64,000 nucleotides of DNA from Escherichia coli (GTDB lineage Bacteria; Pseudomonadota; Gammaproteobacteria; Enterobacterales; Enterobacteriaceae). Shown piece by piece: positions 10,627 to 21,891 of the stretch (positions within the stretch are counted from its first letter, which is position 1; every line of letters begins with the position of its first letter). A program made the position numbers and the translations under genes. The notes beneath the pieces are model-generated. The model searched no databases. It was given only the letters and a program-made list of their open reading frames with translations, and was not told the DNA's origin. Location of the stretch: NCBI RefSeq assembly GCF_003334305.1, contig NZ_QOWS01000005.1, one strand, 5' to 3'.

Positions 10627-11892
10627 TTAACCTCTATGCTTAATTGTGTTTAACCGGGTGCTAAATTTACGCTCGCCAAACCGCACATCATTCTCAGGAA
10701 TAATAAAAACGCGGTAATAGCGGATAAAAACAATAATTGCGGTAATCAGGGCCAGCAGCGCGAAAGTAAAATCGAGAACAATGATATATTGAAGGCCGAT
10801 GTTCGACAGATAACCGGTAATCAGCGGAATAACAAAGTTAGCCAGTCCACCCATCATCATATAAATACTGGTGACTTTGGCTTTGCTTTTTGGGAAAAAC
10901 TCTGACATGACCGAAACACCGAGCTGTAAAATGCCGCCAGCTGCTGAGAAACCGATAACAAAGGCGCCGGCATTACACACCAGTGGAGAAGGGTACAGGT
11001 AGATAATGGCTGCTGTTATTGTTGCCAGTGCAGAGTTAAATACATTAGCCCAGATGGGCCGGACCATTTTTTTCAGTAGTGCGGCAAAAATAAAGACACA
11101 GACCAACGAGCCCATACTGTAATAAGAGATGGTTTTTAATGCCTCAGCTTCTGACATACCAGCAAAAGCCATCGCATATTTGGGCATCCACACCACAATC
11201 ACATAAAAGGTCGAGAATGCGGCTACACCGAACAGTACCGATGAAACACCTTCCAGCCAGACTAACGGTTTGCTGTTCATTTGCGGTAATTCATTAGCTA
11301 CGCTGGCGTCCACCAACTGGCTGGGGAATTTGCTTTTCAACAGCATCAGCGTGATCAGTACAAACAGAATACCCGGAATAATCAGCCCATAGCCGTACCA
11401 GATATTATTGAGCAACATATAGCTCACCAGCATTGGGTAGAACATTTGCCCAAATGACACCATCGCTTTAACCAGTATGACCGCCGAACCAGAGGCTTTC
11501 GGAAAGCATTCCATGAGCGCGGGGTAGCCACCCGTATCCAGCGCTGAGTTAGCGATACCTACGCACACTGCCAGACCGTAGGCGAGAGTTAAATTCGGGC
11601 AAGCGGGAATACCAAAGAAGAATAGCAGATACATTATTACTGCCATTAATATCACCGCCCGACGACCAAACTTATCGGAGATCACACCGAAGAATAAAAT
11701 ACTGATCAATCGCCCCAAACCAATACCGGAAATTAAGTAGGCAATGCCCGCGTTGTCAGTGGAAAACTTTTCCGCCAGAGATGACATGTTTTGGGCAAGC
11801 GTAATAACACTAATGCCGTGCAGGAAGTAGCTGAAGTAAATACAAAGAACAGCCAGGATAAATGGCGTGCTGAAAGCCTTATTTTGAGACAT
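10627..11892 (-). CDS. ydiN: MFS transporter
   Basis: Hydrophobic multi-helix ORF; start chosen at MSQNK (421 aa), two codons inside the longest ORF. Confidence 0.8.
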   Translation of the reverse strand: MSQNKAFSTPFILAVLCIYFSYFLHGISVITLAQNMSSLAEKFSTDNAGIAYLISGIGLGRLISILFFGVISDKFGRRAVILMAVIMYLLFFFGIPACPNLTLAYGLAVCVGIANSALDTGGYPALMECFPKASGSAVILVKAMVSFGQMFYPMLVSYMLLNNIWYGYGLIIPGILFVLITLMLLKSKFPSQLVDASVANELPQMNSKPLVWLEGVSSVLFGVAAFSTFYVIVVWMPKYAMAFAGMSEAEALKTISYYSMGSLVCVFIFAALLKKMVRPIWANVFNSALATITAAIIYLYPSPLVCNAGAFVIGFSAAGGILQLGVSVMSEFFPKSKAKVTSIYMMMGGLANFVIPLITGYLSNIGLQYIIVLDFTFALLALITAIIVFIRYYRVFIIPENDVRFGERKFSTRLNTIKHRG

Positions 11893-12118
11893 TTTCACAG
11901 CTCCTTGCTGAAAGATAATTTCGTTACCGTACGTATTGTTCTTCGACGGTTTACATAATTACTATACTGAAGATGATTTTCCCTGGGTACATGGCATAAA
12001 GTTTATGTTTCCAGGAATATTGCATGTCATAGTTTGTTTTTGATCGCGATTTTCCTTAGTTAGCGCAGAAAGAGTTATTTATCCGTAAGATCTTGCATGA
12101 CCTGAAAAGAATATTGCA

Positions 12119-13333
12119 TTACCCACCCGGAGCAACATTTTCCTTTAGCGAGTGATGCCGCGTTTTTTTGCGGCTGCGTAAGCCGATAAACAGTGCCAGT
12201 AAAAAACCGATGGCAGCGATGGCGGTATCGAACCACATAATATCGGCAATACTTCTTTGGGACAGATGAGCCGTAATCAACGGAATAGTAAAGGTCGCAA
12301 TACTGCCCGCACTGTAATAGATCCCTGTAGCTTTACCTTTAGCGTAAGGGAAACGTTCAGCCATTAACGTCAGGCCAATTTGCACAACACCTCCAGCAGA
12401 GGTAAAACCAATGACAAAAGCAAATATTATCACCACATAAAATGTGGGATGCAGGCAGACGGTAAACAGAGCAATAAATGAGATAAAGGTGTACAGCATC
12501 AGTAATGTTGTTGGGCGAACGGTATTACGAATGAGTGGAGCGGTAATAAATACACAAAGCAGCGAACCCACGGTGTAGATACTGAGTAGTTTAATCGACA
12601 TAGTGTATGACATGCCTGCAACAAATTGTCCGTACTGTGCCAGCCACTGGCTAACCAGATAAAACGTTGCCATTGAGATATAGCCATATAAGGTATAACT
12701 GGCTAAATCGATAATTGAACAGCGATGTTCCGTAGAGCTGGTGGTTTTCTTTATGACAGGTAAGCGATGACCCGGATGGGGTGGGAACGTACAACGGTAT
12801 AAAAACAGAGCGTTAATAAACATAATGCCTGCAGCAATCATAAAGGACCAACCGAACCACAGTTCAGCCCACACTAACAGGCTAATGATTAGCGGTAATA
12901 AAAATTGTCCGCTGGAAACAAATGCTTTAATTAAAATATTGGCTGTCCCAGGTGAGCGTGGAAAAGCTTCCATCAAACTGGGATAAGTGCCTGCATCGAG
13001 AAAACTGTTTGCCATTCCTGCCAGAAAGCCAAAAACATAAGCGATAATGATGTTATTGGTGTGCAGGATGCCAAAAAAGAAGGCCATATAGCAGCACATC
13101 CCGAGCATGATAAAAGGGCGGCGACCAAAGCGATCGGATAATAATCCTGCAAAAAGCAAGACACTTAATCGACCAATGCCCAGCGATGAGATAACTATCG
13201 AGACACCCGCGGCATTAGTCTGCCAAAGTGTCTCCAGCGAGGCCATATTCAGGCTCATCAAAATGACGCCCATACCATGCACCAGGTAATTAAAATACAA
13301 CCCAAGTGCGGTAGGGTAATAGGGATTTTTCAT
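12119..13333 (-). CDS. ydiM: MFS transporter
   Basis: 404-aa polytopic membrane protein, paralogous in architecture to ydiN. Confidence 0.8.
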   Translation of the reverse strand: MKNPYYPTALGLYFNYLVHGMGVILMSLNMASLETLWQTNAAGVSIVISSLGIGRLSVLLFAGLLSDRFGRRPFIMLGMCCYMAFFFGILHTNNIIIAYVFGFLAGMANSFLDAGTYPSLMEAFPRSPGTANILIKAFVSSGQFLLPLIISLLVWAELWFGWSFMIAAGIMFINALFLYRCTFPPHPGHRLPVIKKTTSSTEHRCSIIDLASYTLYGYISMATFYLVSQWLAQYGQFVAGMSYTMSIKLLSIYTVGSLLCVFITAPLIRNTVRPTTLLMLYTFISFIALFTVCLHPTFYVVIIFAFVIGFTSAGGVVQIGLTLMAERFPYAKGKATGIYYSAGSIATFTIPLITAHLSQRSIADIMWFDTAIAAIGFLLALFIGLRSRKKTRHHSLKENVAPGG

Positions 13334-13432
13334 AGGTTCTACTTAGCAAAGGTGCTTTAAAAAGTGTAGCGATGTTGTGTCAGTATCCATTCATTATTGT
13401 TGTAACAACGACAATTCCTTTCTGTGGAAAAA

Positions 13433-13789
13433 TTAACAAAGCCGCTCCAGATCGTGTGCATATAATTCAGCGGCTACCGATTGATAGATCTTCCAGTCAA
13501 TAAAATTGCCATCAGGGTAGACTCGTTGAAATGCGGTTAAGTCGGGGAAAAAACGCATGGTGTTGTTGCCGATGCGGTTATTTATTTTCTCTATGATGGC
13601 ATGAAGATGTTTTTTTCTTTGCTGACGCATAGCCAACAGTTGCTCGACTACACGCTCAGGAATGGCACACTTGCCATTTTCCCACTGACGCCAGCTTTCA
13701 CTGTCACCGGTCTGGGCAATCCAGGTCGCGCATTCATCAATAGTCATGGCAAAAATATGGCGGAGTGCCTGGAGTTCATAAGCGTTCAT
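13433..13789 (-). CDS. ydiL: Uncharacterised protein YdiL
   Basis: ORF frame 13433..13816; start chosen at MNAYELQALRH (118 aa). Confidence 0.65.
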   Translation of the reverse strand: MNAYELQALRHIFAMTIDECATWIAQTGDSESWRQWENGKCAIPERVVEQLLAMRQQRKKHLHAIIEKINNRIGNNTMRFFPDLTAFQRVYPDGNFIDWKIYQSVAAELYAHDLERLC

Positions 13790-13926
13790 CGTGTAATGGC
13801 TGCATGAAATAAACAATAAAATATAAATAACATTATCAGCCTGCTGACGGCTTGAAGAGAGTCACAGTATCTTGTGCAACATTATTGGAAAGAGTGAGGG
13901 GCGAGGTAGCGAAGCGGAAAAATGTT

Positions 13927-14032
13927 AAAAAAAAGCCCATCGTGGGAGATGGGCAAAGACTACACACAGCAATTCGTTGTTTCACTCAGGGGATTTCCAT
14001 GCTTATAAATCAATATGTTGATTTATAACCGT
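13927..14032 (-). ncRNA. rprA: RprA small regulatory RNA
   Basis: Minus strand reads ACGGTTATAAATCAACATATTGATTTATAAGCATGGAAATCCCCTGAGTGAAACAACGAATTGCTGTGTGTAGTCTTTGCCCATCTCCCACGATGGGCTTTTTTTT, ending in a GC hairpin plus U-run; lies between ydiL and ydiK. Confidence 0.8.
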
Positions 14033-14217
14033 AAGCTAATAGTAGGCATACGGACTTTTTGCGTCGATCAGATTCGTCTCATTAGTTTAAAAACTGTAAA
14101 GAATTTGCGACAGGTACTACCAGCTGAATGGCGGTAAGCAGGAAAATATGGGGAAGAGCAAGCAAATATCAATTAGCGGGGGTTAACAATCAGGCGGCAG
14201 AGCCGCCTGATGAGAAA

Positions 14218-15330
14218 TTACTTATTCGGTTTCTCGATTTCGCCAAGTTCTTCGAGAATTTCTTCCGGTTGGTCCGTCGGCGGCGGGACTTCTTCCACCC
14301 ACGCGGCAAACAGACGCCAGGAAACGGCTAACAGAACCGGACCAATAAACAGACCGATCATCCCGAAAGCAATCAAACCACCAATAACACCAGAGAGGAT
14401 CAGGATCAGCGGTAAATCGGCACCCATGCGAATTAACATTGGGCGGATGACGTTATCCAGCGTGCCAACCACACCGCTCCACACTAACAATACCGTTCCC
14501 CAGGTGGTATCGCCGGTCCAGTAGAGCCAGATAATCGCCGGAATCAGTACCGGCAACGGGCCAAGCTGGACAAGGCAGGAAAGGATCATTAACACCGTTA
14601 GCAACGTTGCATAAGGTACGCCGGATACGGCGAGGCCGATACCGCCAAGCACTGCCTGTACTAACGCCGTCACCACCACACCCAGCGCCACCGCGCGGAT
14701 AGCCTGTGCCGCCAGCAGTACGGCGGCATCTCCGCGAACGCCTGCCAGACGGGTTGCAAAATGGCGAATGCCTTGTGCCACCTGTTCACCGCGCCAGTAC
14801 AGCAGGGCACTGAAGAGAAGCATCAGCGCACAATGCACCATAAAGCGCCCGATATGCGCCGCTTGCCCAACGAACCAGGTGGTGGTGGTGCCAATATAAG
14901 GGCGGACTTTCGCCATGATCGCAGTCCCCCCCATATCCAGCAAGTTGTGCCAGCCTGCATACAGCTTCGCGCCAATCACCGGAATGGTATTAAGCCACGC
15001 CAGATCGGGTAACGTCATGTCGCCGCTGGAAATGGCTTTAATTAGCGGGCCGCTGCCGTCGACGATACTGTTAACCAGCAAAGCAATAGGGATGATAAAC
15101 ACCATCACTAATAACAGCGTCATCACCAGAACGGCGAGAGAGCGGCGGCCAAACATGATCTTTTGCAAACGTAACAATACCGGCCAGGTGGCGATAACCA
15201 CCGTACCGGCCCATGCAAAGCCGAGAATAAAGGGTTGAACAATCCACAGACATGCCACAATCATGATGGCTAAAAACAGCACCGAAAGCAGAATTTGTGC
15301 GACATCCCTGGGCTGACGAACATTTACCAT
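14218..15330 (-). CDS. ydiK: AI-2E / UPF0118 family membrane transporter
   Basis: 370-aa polytopic membrane ORF. Confidence 0.8.
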   Translation of the reverse strand: MVNVRQPRDVAQILLSVLFLAIMIVACLWIVQPFILGFAWAGTVVIATWPVLLRLQKIMFGRRSLAVLVMTLLLVMVFIIPIALLVNSIVDGSGPLIKAISSGDMTLPDLAWLNTIPVIGAKLYAGWHNLLDMGGTAIMAKVRPYIGTTTTWFVGQAAHIGRFMVHCALMLLFSALLYWRGEQVAQGIRHFATRLAGVRGDAAVLLAAQAIRAVALGVVVTALVQAVLGGIGLAVSGVPYATLLTVLMILSCLVQLGPLPVLIPAIIWLYWTGDTTWGTVLLVWSGVVGTLDNVIRPMLIRMGADLPLILILSGVIGGLIAFGMIGLFIGPVLLAVSWRLFAAWVEEVPPPTDQPEEILEELGEIEKPNK

Positions 15331-15718
15331 AACTACTTTTCACCTTTTTTGTGCGTCAAATCGTCGACGCGACGTGAACACGCGAAACTCACCTGCATAA
15401 TGATGAGCAATTTCAGCGGTTTTTAACAGGCCGATTCTGCCCTTAATTCTGATGGGCGTGTTAGAAAAAAATGTGGTACAACAACTCAGGCAACACGCAA
15501 ACGATTTACTCGTCGTATTTCAAGTTGCATGTGCTGCGGCTACGTTCGTTCACCCCAGTCACTTACTATTGTAAGCTCCTGGAGTTCACTCGCTTGCCGC
15601 CTTCCTGCAACTCGAAATCCATAGAGTAAATAAACATCACCTTTCAGTGCGCTATTGCAGCCGCCTGAAAGAATAGTGTATCGACCTACATCACAGACCG
15701 CAGGAAAGGGTCAATATA

Positions 15719-18700
15719 ATGATTCCACAGATTTCCCAGGCACCCGGCGTCGTTCAACTGGTGCTTAATTTTTTGCAAGAGCTGGAGCAACAAGGTTTTA
15801 CCGGCGATACGGCGACAAGTTATGCCGATCGTCTGACAATGTCGACCGACAACAGTATTTACCAACTTCTCCCCGATGCGGTGGTATTTCCGCGTTCAAC
15901 CGCAGATGTGGCGCTGATCGCCCGTCTTGCCGCGCAGGAACGCTATTCATCGCTGATCTTTACCCCCCGCGGCGGCGGCACCGGCACTAACGGTCAGGCG
16001 CTCAACCAGGGGATTATTGTTGATATGTCCCGCCATATGAACCGCATCATCGAAATTAACCCTGAAGAGGGCTGGGTGCGCGTTGAGGCCGGGGTGATAA
16101 AAGATCAACTCAATCAGTACCTGAAACCGTTCGGCTACTTTTTTGCGCCGGAACTTTCGACCAGCAACCGGGCAACGCTCGGTGGGATGATCAATACCGA
16201 TGCATCCGGTCAGGGATCGCTGGTCTATGGCAAAACGTCAGATCACGTACTTGGCGTACGCGCGGTGTTGTTGGGGGGCGATATTCTCGATACGCAACCT
16301 TTACCCGTCGAATTGGCGGAAACGCTGGGTAAATCCAATACCACAATCGGGCGAATTTATAACACGGTTTATCAACGTTGCCGTCAGCAACGCCAGTTAA
16401 TTATCGACAACTTCCCCAAACTTAACCGCTTTCTTACCGGTTACGATCTGCGTCATGTCTTTAACGATGAGATGACCGAGTTCGACCTGACGCGCATTCT
16501 GACGGGTTCAGAAGGGACGCTGGCCTTTATTACCGAAGCGCGGCTGGATATTACGCCCTTGCCTAAAGTGCGCCGTCTGGTGAACGTCAAATATGACTCT
16601 TTTGACTCCGCGCTGCGTAACGCGCCGTTTATGGTTGAGGCGCGGGCGCTTTCGGTAGAGACGGTGGACTCAAAAGTGCTGAATCTGGCGCGGGAAGATA
16701 TTGTCTGGCATTCCGTCAGCGAGTTGATTACCGATGTGCCTGACAAAGAGATGCTCGGGCTGAACATTGTGGAGTTTGCTGGTGATGATGAGGCGCTGAT
16801 TGACGAGCGAGTTAATGCTCTCTGTGTGCGGCTTGATGAGCTGATTGCCAGCCAACAGGCAGGTGTGATTGGCTGGCAGGTGTGCCGCGAGCTGGCGGGT
16901 GTTGAACGTATCTATGCGATGCGTAAAAAAGCCGTTGGTCTGCTTGGCAATGCCAAAGGTGCCGCTAAGCCAATTCCGTTTGCTGAGGATACCTGCGTAC
17001 CGCCGGAACATCTGGCGGATTATATTGCTGAATTTCGCGCGCTGCTCGACAGCCACGGCTTAAGCTACGGTATGTTCGGTCACGTCGACGCAGGTGTTTT
17101 GCACGTCCGTCCAGCGCTGGATATGTGCGATCCTCAACAAGAGATTTTGATGAAGCAAATCTCTGATGACGTGGTGGCGCTGACTGCGAAATACGGTGGT
17201 TTGTTGTGGGGCGAGCACGGCAAAGGTTTTCGCGCTGAATACAGCCCGGCGTTTTTCGGTGAGGAACTTTTTGCAGAACTGCGCAAAGTGAAAGCGGCAT
17301 TTGACCCGCATAACCGACTCAACCCAGGGAAGATTTGCCCGCCAGAAGGTCTCGATGCGCCGATGATGAAAGTGGACGCGGTGAAGCGCGGTACATTCGA
17401 TCGGCAGATCCCCATTGCGGTACGCCAGCAGTGGCGCGGTGCGATGGAGTGTAACGGCAACGGTTTATGCTTCAACTTTGATGCCCGTAGTCCGATGTGT
17501 CCGTCGATGAAGATCACCCAGAGCCGGATTCATTCACCGAAAGGGCGCGCAACGCTGGTGCGTGAATGGCTGCGTTTGTTGGCGGATCGCGGCGTTGATC
17601 CACTCAAACTGGAACAAGAACTGCCTGAATCCGGCGTCAGTTTGCGGACGTTAATTGCCCGCACGCGCAATAGCTGGCATGCGAATAAAGGCGAATATGA
17701 CTTCTCACACGAAGTCAAAGAGGCGATGTCGGGCTGTCTGGCCTGTAAAGCGTGTTCGACCCAGTGCCCCATCAAAATTGATGTGCCGGAGTTTCGCTCT
17801 CGTTTTCTGCAGCTCTATCACACCCGTTATTTACGCCCGCTGCGCGACCACCTCGTCGCTACGGTCGAGAGCTACGCGCCGCTGATGGCACGCGCGCCGA
17901 AAACCTTTAACTTCTTCATTAACCAGCCGCTGGTGCGCAAACTCTCGGAAAAACATATCGGCATGGTTGATTTGCCACTGCTGTCGGTCCCCTCGCTACA
18001 ACAACAAATGGTGGGGCATCGCTCGGCAAACATGACGCTGGAACAGCTTGAAGCTCTCAATGCAGAGCAGAAAGCGCGCACGGTGTTGGTGGTGCAGGAC
18101 CCCTTTACCAGCTATTACGATGCGCAAGTGGTGGCGGATTTTGTCCGTCTGGTTGAAAAATTAGGTTTCCAGCCGGTGTTACTGCCATTTTCGCCAAATG
18201 GCAAAGCCCAGCATATTAAAGGTTTTCTTAATCGTTTTGCGAAGACGGCGAAAAAGACGGCGGATTTCCTCAACCGTATGGCGAAGCTGGGGATGCCAAT
18301 GGTGGGCGTCGATCCGGCGCTGGTACTTTGTTATCGCGATGAATATAAACTGGCGCTGGGCGAGGAACGTGGCGAGTTTAACGTCTTACTGGCGAATGAA
18401 TGGCTGGCAAGCGCACTTGAGTCACAGCCAGTGGCTACAGTCAGCGGTGAATCATGGTATTTCTTTGGTCACTGTACCGAGGTTACCGCCTTGCCGGGCG
18501 CGCCAGCACAATGGGCCGCGATATTTGCCCGTTTTGGCGCGAAACTGGAAAATGTCAGCGTGGGTTGCTGCGGCATGGCAGGGACTTACGGACATGAAGA
18601 GAAAAACCATAAAAATTCGCTCGGGATCTATGAGTTATCCTGGCATCAGGCTATGCAGCGACTGCCGCGTAACCGCTGTCTGGCGACCGGATATTCCTGC

Positions 18701-18775
18701 CGTAGCCAGGTCAAACGGGTTGAAGGCACGGGGGTACGCCATCCTGTGCAGGCTTTACTGGAGATTATTAAATGA
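15719..18775 (+). CDS. ydiJ: FAD-linked oxidoreductase with Fe-S cluster domain (reported D-2-hydroxyglutarate dehydrogenase)
   Basis: 1018-aa ORF; FAD-binding region near the N-terminus and CLACKACSTQCP 4Fe-4S motif. Confidence 0.85.
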   Translation: MIPQISQAPGVVQLVLNFLQELEQQGFTGDTATSYADRLTMSTDNSIYQLLPDAVVFPRSTADVALIARLAAQERYSSLIFTPRGGGTGTNGQALNQGIIVDMSRHMNRIIEINPEEGWVRVEAGVIKDQLNQYLKPFGYFFAPELSTSNRATLGGMINTDASGQGSLVYGKTSDHVLGVRAVLLGGDILDTQPLPVELAETLGKSNTTIGRIYNTVYQRCRQQRQLIIDNFPKLNRFLTGYDLRHVFNDEMTEFDLTRILTGSEGTLAFITEARLDITPLPKVRRLVNVKYDSFDSALRNAPFMVEARALSVETVDSKVLNLAREDIVWHSVSELITDVPDKEMLGLNIVEFAGDDEALIDERVNALCVRLDELIASQQAGVIGWQVCRELAGVERIYAMRKKAVGLLGNAKGAAKPIPFAEDTCVPPEHLADYIAEFRALLDSHGLSYGMFGHVDAGVLHVRPALDMCDPQQEILMKQISDDVVALTAKYGGLLWGEHGKGFRAEYSPAFFGEELFAELRKVKAAFDPHNRLNPGKICPPEGLDAPMMKVDAVKRGTFDRQIPIAVRQQWRGAMECNGNGLCFNFDARSPMCPSMKITQSRIHSPKGRATLVREWLRLLADRGVDPLKLEQELPESGVSLRTLIARTRNSWHANKGEYDFSHEVKEAMSGCLACKACSTQCPIKIDVPEFRSRFLQLYHTRYLRPLRDHLVATVESYAPLMARAPKTFNFFINQPLVRKLSEKHIGMVDLPLLSVPSLQQQMVGHRSANMTLEQLEALNAEQKARTVLVVQDPFTSYYDAQVVADFVRLVEKLGFQPVLLPFSPNGKAQHIKGFLNRFAKTAKKTADFLNRMAKLGMPMVGVDPALVLCYRDEYKLALGEERGEFNVLLANEWLASALESQPVATVSGESWYFFGHCTEVTALPGAPAQWAAIFARFGAKLENVSVGCCGMAGTYGHEEKNHKNSLGIYELSWHQAMQRLPRNRCLATGYSCRSQVKRVEGTGVRHPVQALLEIIK

Positions 18776-19182
18776 TATGGAAACGAAAAATCACCCTGGA
18801 AGCACTGAATGCTATGGGTGAAGGAAACATGGTGGGGTTGCTGGATATTCGCTTTGAACATATTGGTGATGACACCCTTGAAGCGACAATGCCAGTAGAC
18901 TCGCGGACAAAGCAGCCTTTCGGGTTGCTGCATGGAGGCGCATCCGTGGTGCTGGCCGAAAGTATCGGTTCCGTTGCCGGTTATTTATGTACTGAAGGTG
19001 AGCAAAAAGTGGTTGGCCTGGAAATCAATGCTAACCACGTCCGCTCGGCACGAGAAGGGCGGGTGCGCGGCGTATGCAAACCGTTGCATCTCGGTTCGCG
19101 TCACCAGGTCTGGCAGATTGAAATCTTCGATGAGAAAGGGCGTTTGTGCTGTTCGTCACGATTGACGACCGCCATTTTGTGA
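18772..19182 (+). CDS. menI: Hotdog-fold thioesterase (1,4-dihydroxy-2-naphthoyl-CoA hydrolase)
   Basis: 136-aa ORF whose ATG overlaps the ydiJ stop (ATGA). Confidence 0.8.
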   Translation: MIWKRKITLEALNAMGEGNMVGLLDIRFEHIGDDTLEATMPVDSRTKQPFGLLHGGASVVLAESIGSVAGYLCTEGEQKVVGLEINANHVRSAREGRVRGVCKPLHLGSRHQVWQIEIFDEKGRLCCSSRLTTAIL

Positions 19183-19281
19183 CGTTGTCACCAGAAAAGT
19201 GTGACGCATATTGCTTTTGGTCATTATCTGCACAGTAAACGGTGGTATACTGTGCAGGTCTTGTCTAAAAGCGAGGATGCT

Positions 19282-19470
19282 ATGTCTACTCAACTTGATC
19301 CCACCCAACTGGCCATTGAATTTTTACGCCGTGACCAGAGCAATCTTTCACCTGCCCAATATCTCAAACGTCTGAAACAACTAGAACTTGAATTTGCTGA
19401 CCTGCTTACTCTCTCTTCTGCTGAATTAAAAGAAGAAATCTACTTTGCCTGGCGTCTGGGCGTGCATTGA
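19282..19470 (+). CDS. ydiH: Small uncharacterised protein YdiH
   Basis: ORF frame 19201..19470; start chosen at MSTQLDPTQ (62 aa), preceded by a GAGGA Shine-Dalgarno. Confidence 0.55.
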   Translation: MSTQLDPTQLAIEFLRRDQSNLSPAQYLKRLKQLELEFADLLTLSSAELKEEIYFAWRLGVH

Positions 19471-19616
19471 TCCTGACTTAATGCCGCAAGTTCGCCAAAT
19501 CGACCTGGATTAACCTCCGTCCAGGTTCGATGACCTTCTTAATACTGCTTATCTACCGCCTGATATTGTTCAAAAATAATACTAATCGCAGTTTGTGTTA
19601 AAACGGCGGGTTAGCT

Positions 19617-19736
19617 TTATGAGATTATTCTTATCGCCCCTTCAAGAGCTAAGCCACTGAGAGTGCCGGAGATAAGCGCCGGATGGGGTAGAAACCCTTA
19701 AGCCTGTGTTGCACAGACTTAAGGGTTTTCTTATTT
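19617..19736. ncRNA. rydB: Candidate small RNA (possibly RydB) and strong intrinsic-terminator hairpin in the ydiH-sufA intergenic region
   Basis: Plus-strand hairpin CCCTTAAGCCTGTGTTGCACAGACTTAAGGG (19695..19725) followed by TTTTCTTATTT. RydB is reported between ydiH and sufA in K-12, but I cannot fix its strand or ends from sequence alone. Confidence 0.3.
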
Positions 19737-19954
19737 CTGAACGCTGCACTTTTTTACCTATCTCTTAAATAGTCATTTTCAATACAACTTTTTCTTTTTC
19801 ATCACAGCCTTAATGCTCCTTAGATAATAACCATTATCTAACAATGAGATACCTAATTCTTAGCGTGCCTGTTAACCCACACATCAGGGTCTATGCTTAT
19901 TAAAAGCAGGCAAAAAGCATGTTTTACGGTAAAGCCCCTGCGTTTGCTGGGTTG

Positions 19955-19975
19955 TACTGATAATCATTATCACTA
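19955..19975. promoter_or_regulatory. Fur box in the sufA promoter
   Basis: TGATAATCATTATCAC matches the Fur consensus GATAATGATAATCATTATC, about 50 bp upstream of the sufA ATG. Confidence 0.7.
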
Positions 19976-20017
19976 ACATGCTGTTATACGCTGAAAGCGA
20001 TGAAGTGAGGTAAATCG

Positions 20018-20386
20018 ATGGACATGCATTCAGGAACCTTTAACCCACAAGATTTCGCCTGGCAAGGCTTAACGCTGACACCCGCAGCGGCGATACACAT
20101 CCGTGAGCTGGTGGCAAAGCAGCCGGGTATGGTCGGCGTGCGCTTAGGCGTGAAGCAAACGGGCTGCGCGGGCTTTGGCTATGTGCTCGACAGTGTTAGC
20201 GAGCCGGACAAAGACGATCTGCTGTTTGAACACGACGGCGCGAAGCTGTTTGTCCCGCTGCAAGCGATGCCGTTTATTGATGGCACGGAAGTCGATTTCG
20301 TTCGTGAAGGACTTAATCAGATATTCAAATTTCACAACCCTAAAGCCCAGAATGAATGTGGCTGTGGCGAAAGCTTTGGGGTATAG
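20018..20386 (+). CDS. sufA: Fe-S cluster A-type carrier protein
   Basis: 122-aa ORF with C-terminal CGCGESF motif; ends in TAG. Confidence 0.9.
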   Translation: MDMHSGTFNPQDFAWQGLTLTPAAAIHIRELVAKQPGMVGVRLGVKQTGCAGFGYVLDSVSEPDKDDLLFEHDGAKLFVPLQAMPFIDGTEVDFVREGLNQIFKFHNPKAQNECGCGESFGV

Positions 20387-20394
20387 GCGGTACT

Positions 20395-21882
20395 ATGTCT
20401 CGTAATACTGAAGCAACTGACGATGTCAAAACCTGGACCGGCGGCCCGCTGAATTATAAAGAAGGATTCTTCACCCAGTTAGCCACCGATGAGCTGGCAA
20501 AGGGGATAAACGAAGAGGTGGTGCGCGCAATTTCGGCGAAGCGTAATGAGCCGGAGTGGATGCTGAAGTTTCGTCTAAACGCCTATCGCGCATGGCTGGA
20601 GATGGAAGAACCGCACTGGTTGAAAGCGCACTACGACAAGCTGAATTATCAGGATTACAGCTACTACTCAGCACCATCGTGCGGTAATTGTGACGACACT
20701 TGCGCGTCTGAACCTGGCGCGGTGCAGCAAACTGGCGCGAACGCCTTTTTAAGTAAAGAGGTGGAGGCGGCGTTTGAGCAGTTGGGCGTTCCCGTGCGGG
20801 AAGGCAAAGAGGTGGCGGTGGATGCCATTTTCGACTCAGTTTCGGTTGCCACTACTTATCGCGAAAAACTGGCGGAGCAGGGAATTATTTTCTGTTCCTT
20901 TGGTGAGGCGATCCACGATCACCCGGAACTGGTGCGTAAATATCTCGGCACCGTGGTGCCGGGGAATGACAACTTCTTTGCCGCGCTTAATGCGGCGGTA
21001 GCCTCTGACGGTACGTTTATTTATGTGCCTAAAGGCGTGCGCTGCCCGATGGAACTTTCCACCTATTTTCGCATTAACGCGGAAAAAACCGGGCAGTTTG
21101 AGCGCACCATTCTGGTGGCCGACGAAGACAGCTACGTCAGCTACATTGAAGGCTGTTCCGCTCCGGTGCGTGACAGCTATCAGTTACACGCGGCAGTGGT
21201 GGAAGTCATCATCCATAAAAACGCCGAGGTGAAATATTCCACGGTACAAAACTGGTTCCCTGGCGATAACAACACCGGCGGTATTCTCAACTTCGTCACC
21301 AAGCGTGCTTTGTGCGAAGGCGAAAACAGCAAAATGTCATGGACGCAATCAGAAACCGGGTCCGCGATTACGTGGAAATATCCCAGCTGCATTTTGCGCG
21401 GCGATAACTCCATTGGTGAGTTTTACTCAGTGGCGCTGACCAGCGGTCATCAGCAAGCGGATACCGGCACCAAGATGATCCACATCGGTAAAAACACCAA
21501 ATCGACCATTATCTCGAAAGGGATCTCTGCCGGACATAGTCAGAACAGTTATCGCGGCTTAGTGAAAATCATGCCGACGGCAACCAATGCGCGCAATTTC
21601 ACTCAGTGCGACTCAATGCTGATTGGCGCTAATTGTGGGGCGCATACCTTCCCGTATGTCGAATGTCGCAATAACAGCGCACAACTGGAGCACGAGGCAA
21701 CGACATCACGTATTGGTGAAGATCAACTGTTTTACTGCCTGCAACGCGGGATCAGCGAAGAAGACGCCATCTCGATGATTGTTAACGGTTTCTGCAAAGA
21801 CGTGTTCTCAGAACTGCCGCTGGAATTTGCCGTTGAAGCACAAAAACTCCTCGCCATCAGTCTTGAACACAGCGTCGGATAA
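20395..21882 (+). CDS. sufB: Fe-S cluster assembly scaffold SufB
   Basis: ORF frame 20356..21882; start chosen at [14 protein letters not shown] (495 aa). Confidence 0.9.
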   Translation: MSRNTEATDDVKTWTGGPLNYKEGFFTQLATDELAKGINEEVVRAISAKRNEPEWMLKFRLNAYRAWLEMEEPHWLKAHYDKLNYQDYSYYSAPSCGNCDDTCASEPGAVQQTGANAFLSKEVEAAFEQLGVPVREGKEVAVDAIFDSVSVATTYREKLAEQGIIFCSFGEAIHDHPELVRKYLGTVVPGNDNFFAALNAAVASDGTFIYVPKGVRCPMELSTYFRINAEKTGQFERTILVADEDSYVSYIEGCSAPVRDSYQLHAAVVEVIIHKNAEVKYSTVQNWFPGDNNTGGILNFVTKRALCEGENSKMSWTQSETGSAITWKYPSCILRGDNSIGEFYSVALTSGHQQADTGTKMIHIGKNTKSTIISKGISAGHSQNSYRGLVKIMPTATNARNFTQCDSMLIGANCGAHTFPYVECRNNSAQLEHEATTSRIGEDQLFYCLQRGISEEDAISMIVNGFCKDVFSELPLEFAVEAQKLLAISLEHSVG

Positions 21883-21891
21883 GGAATAAAC

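Noticed and set aside
15331-15718. 388-bp ydiK-ydiJ intergenic region inspected for a hidden sRNA or small ORF
   Set aside because: No strong hairpin with U-tract, no ORF with a Shine-Dalgarno, and only short weak palindromes; treated as a divergent promoter region.
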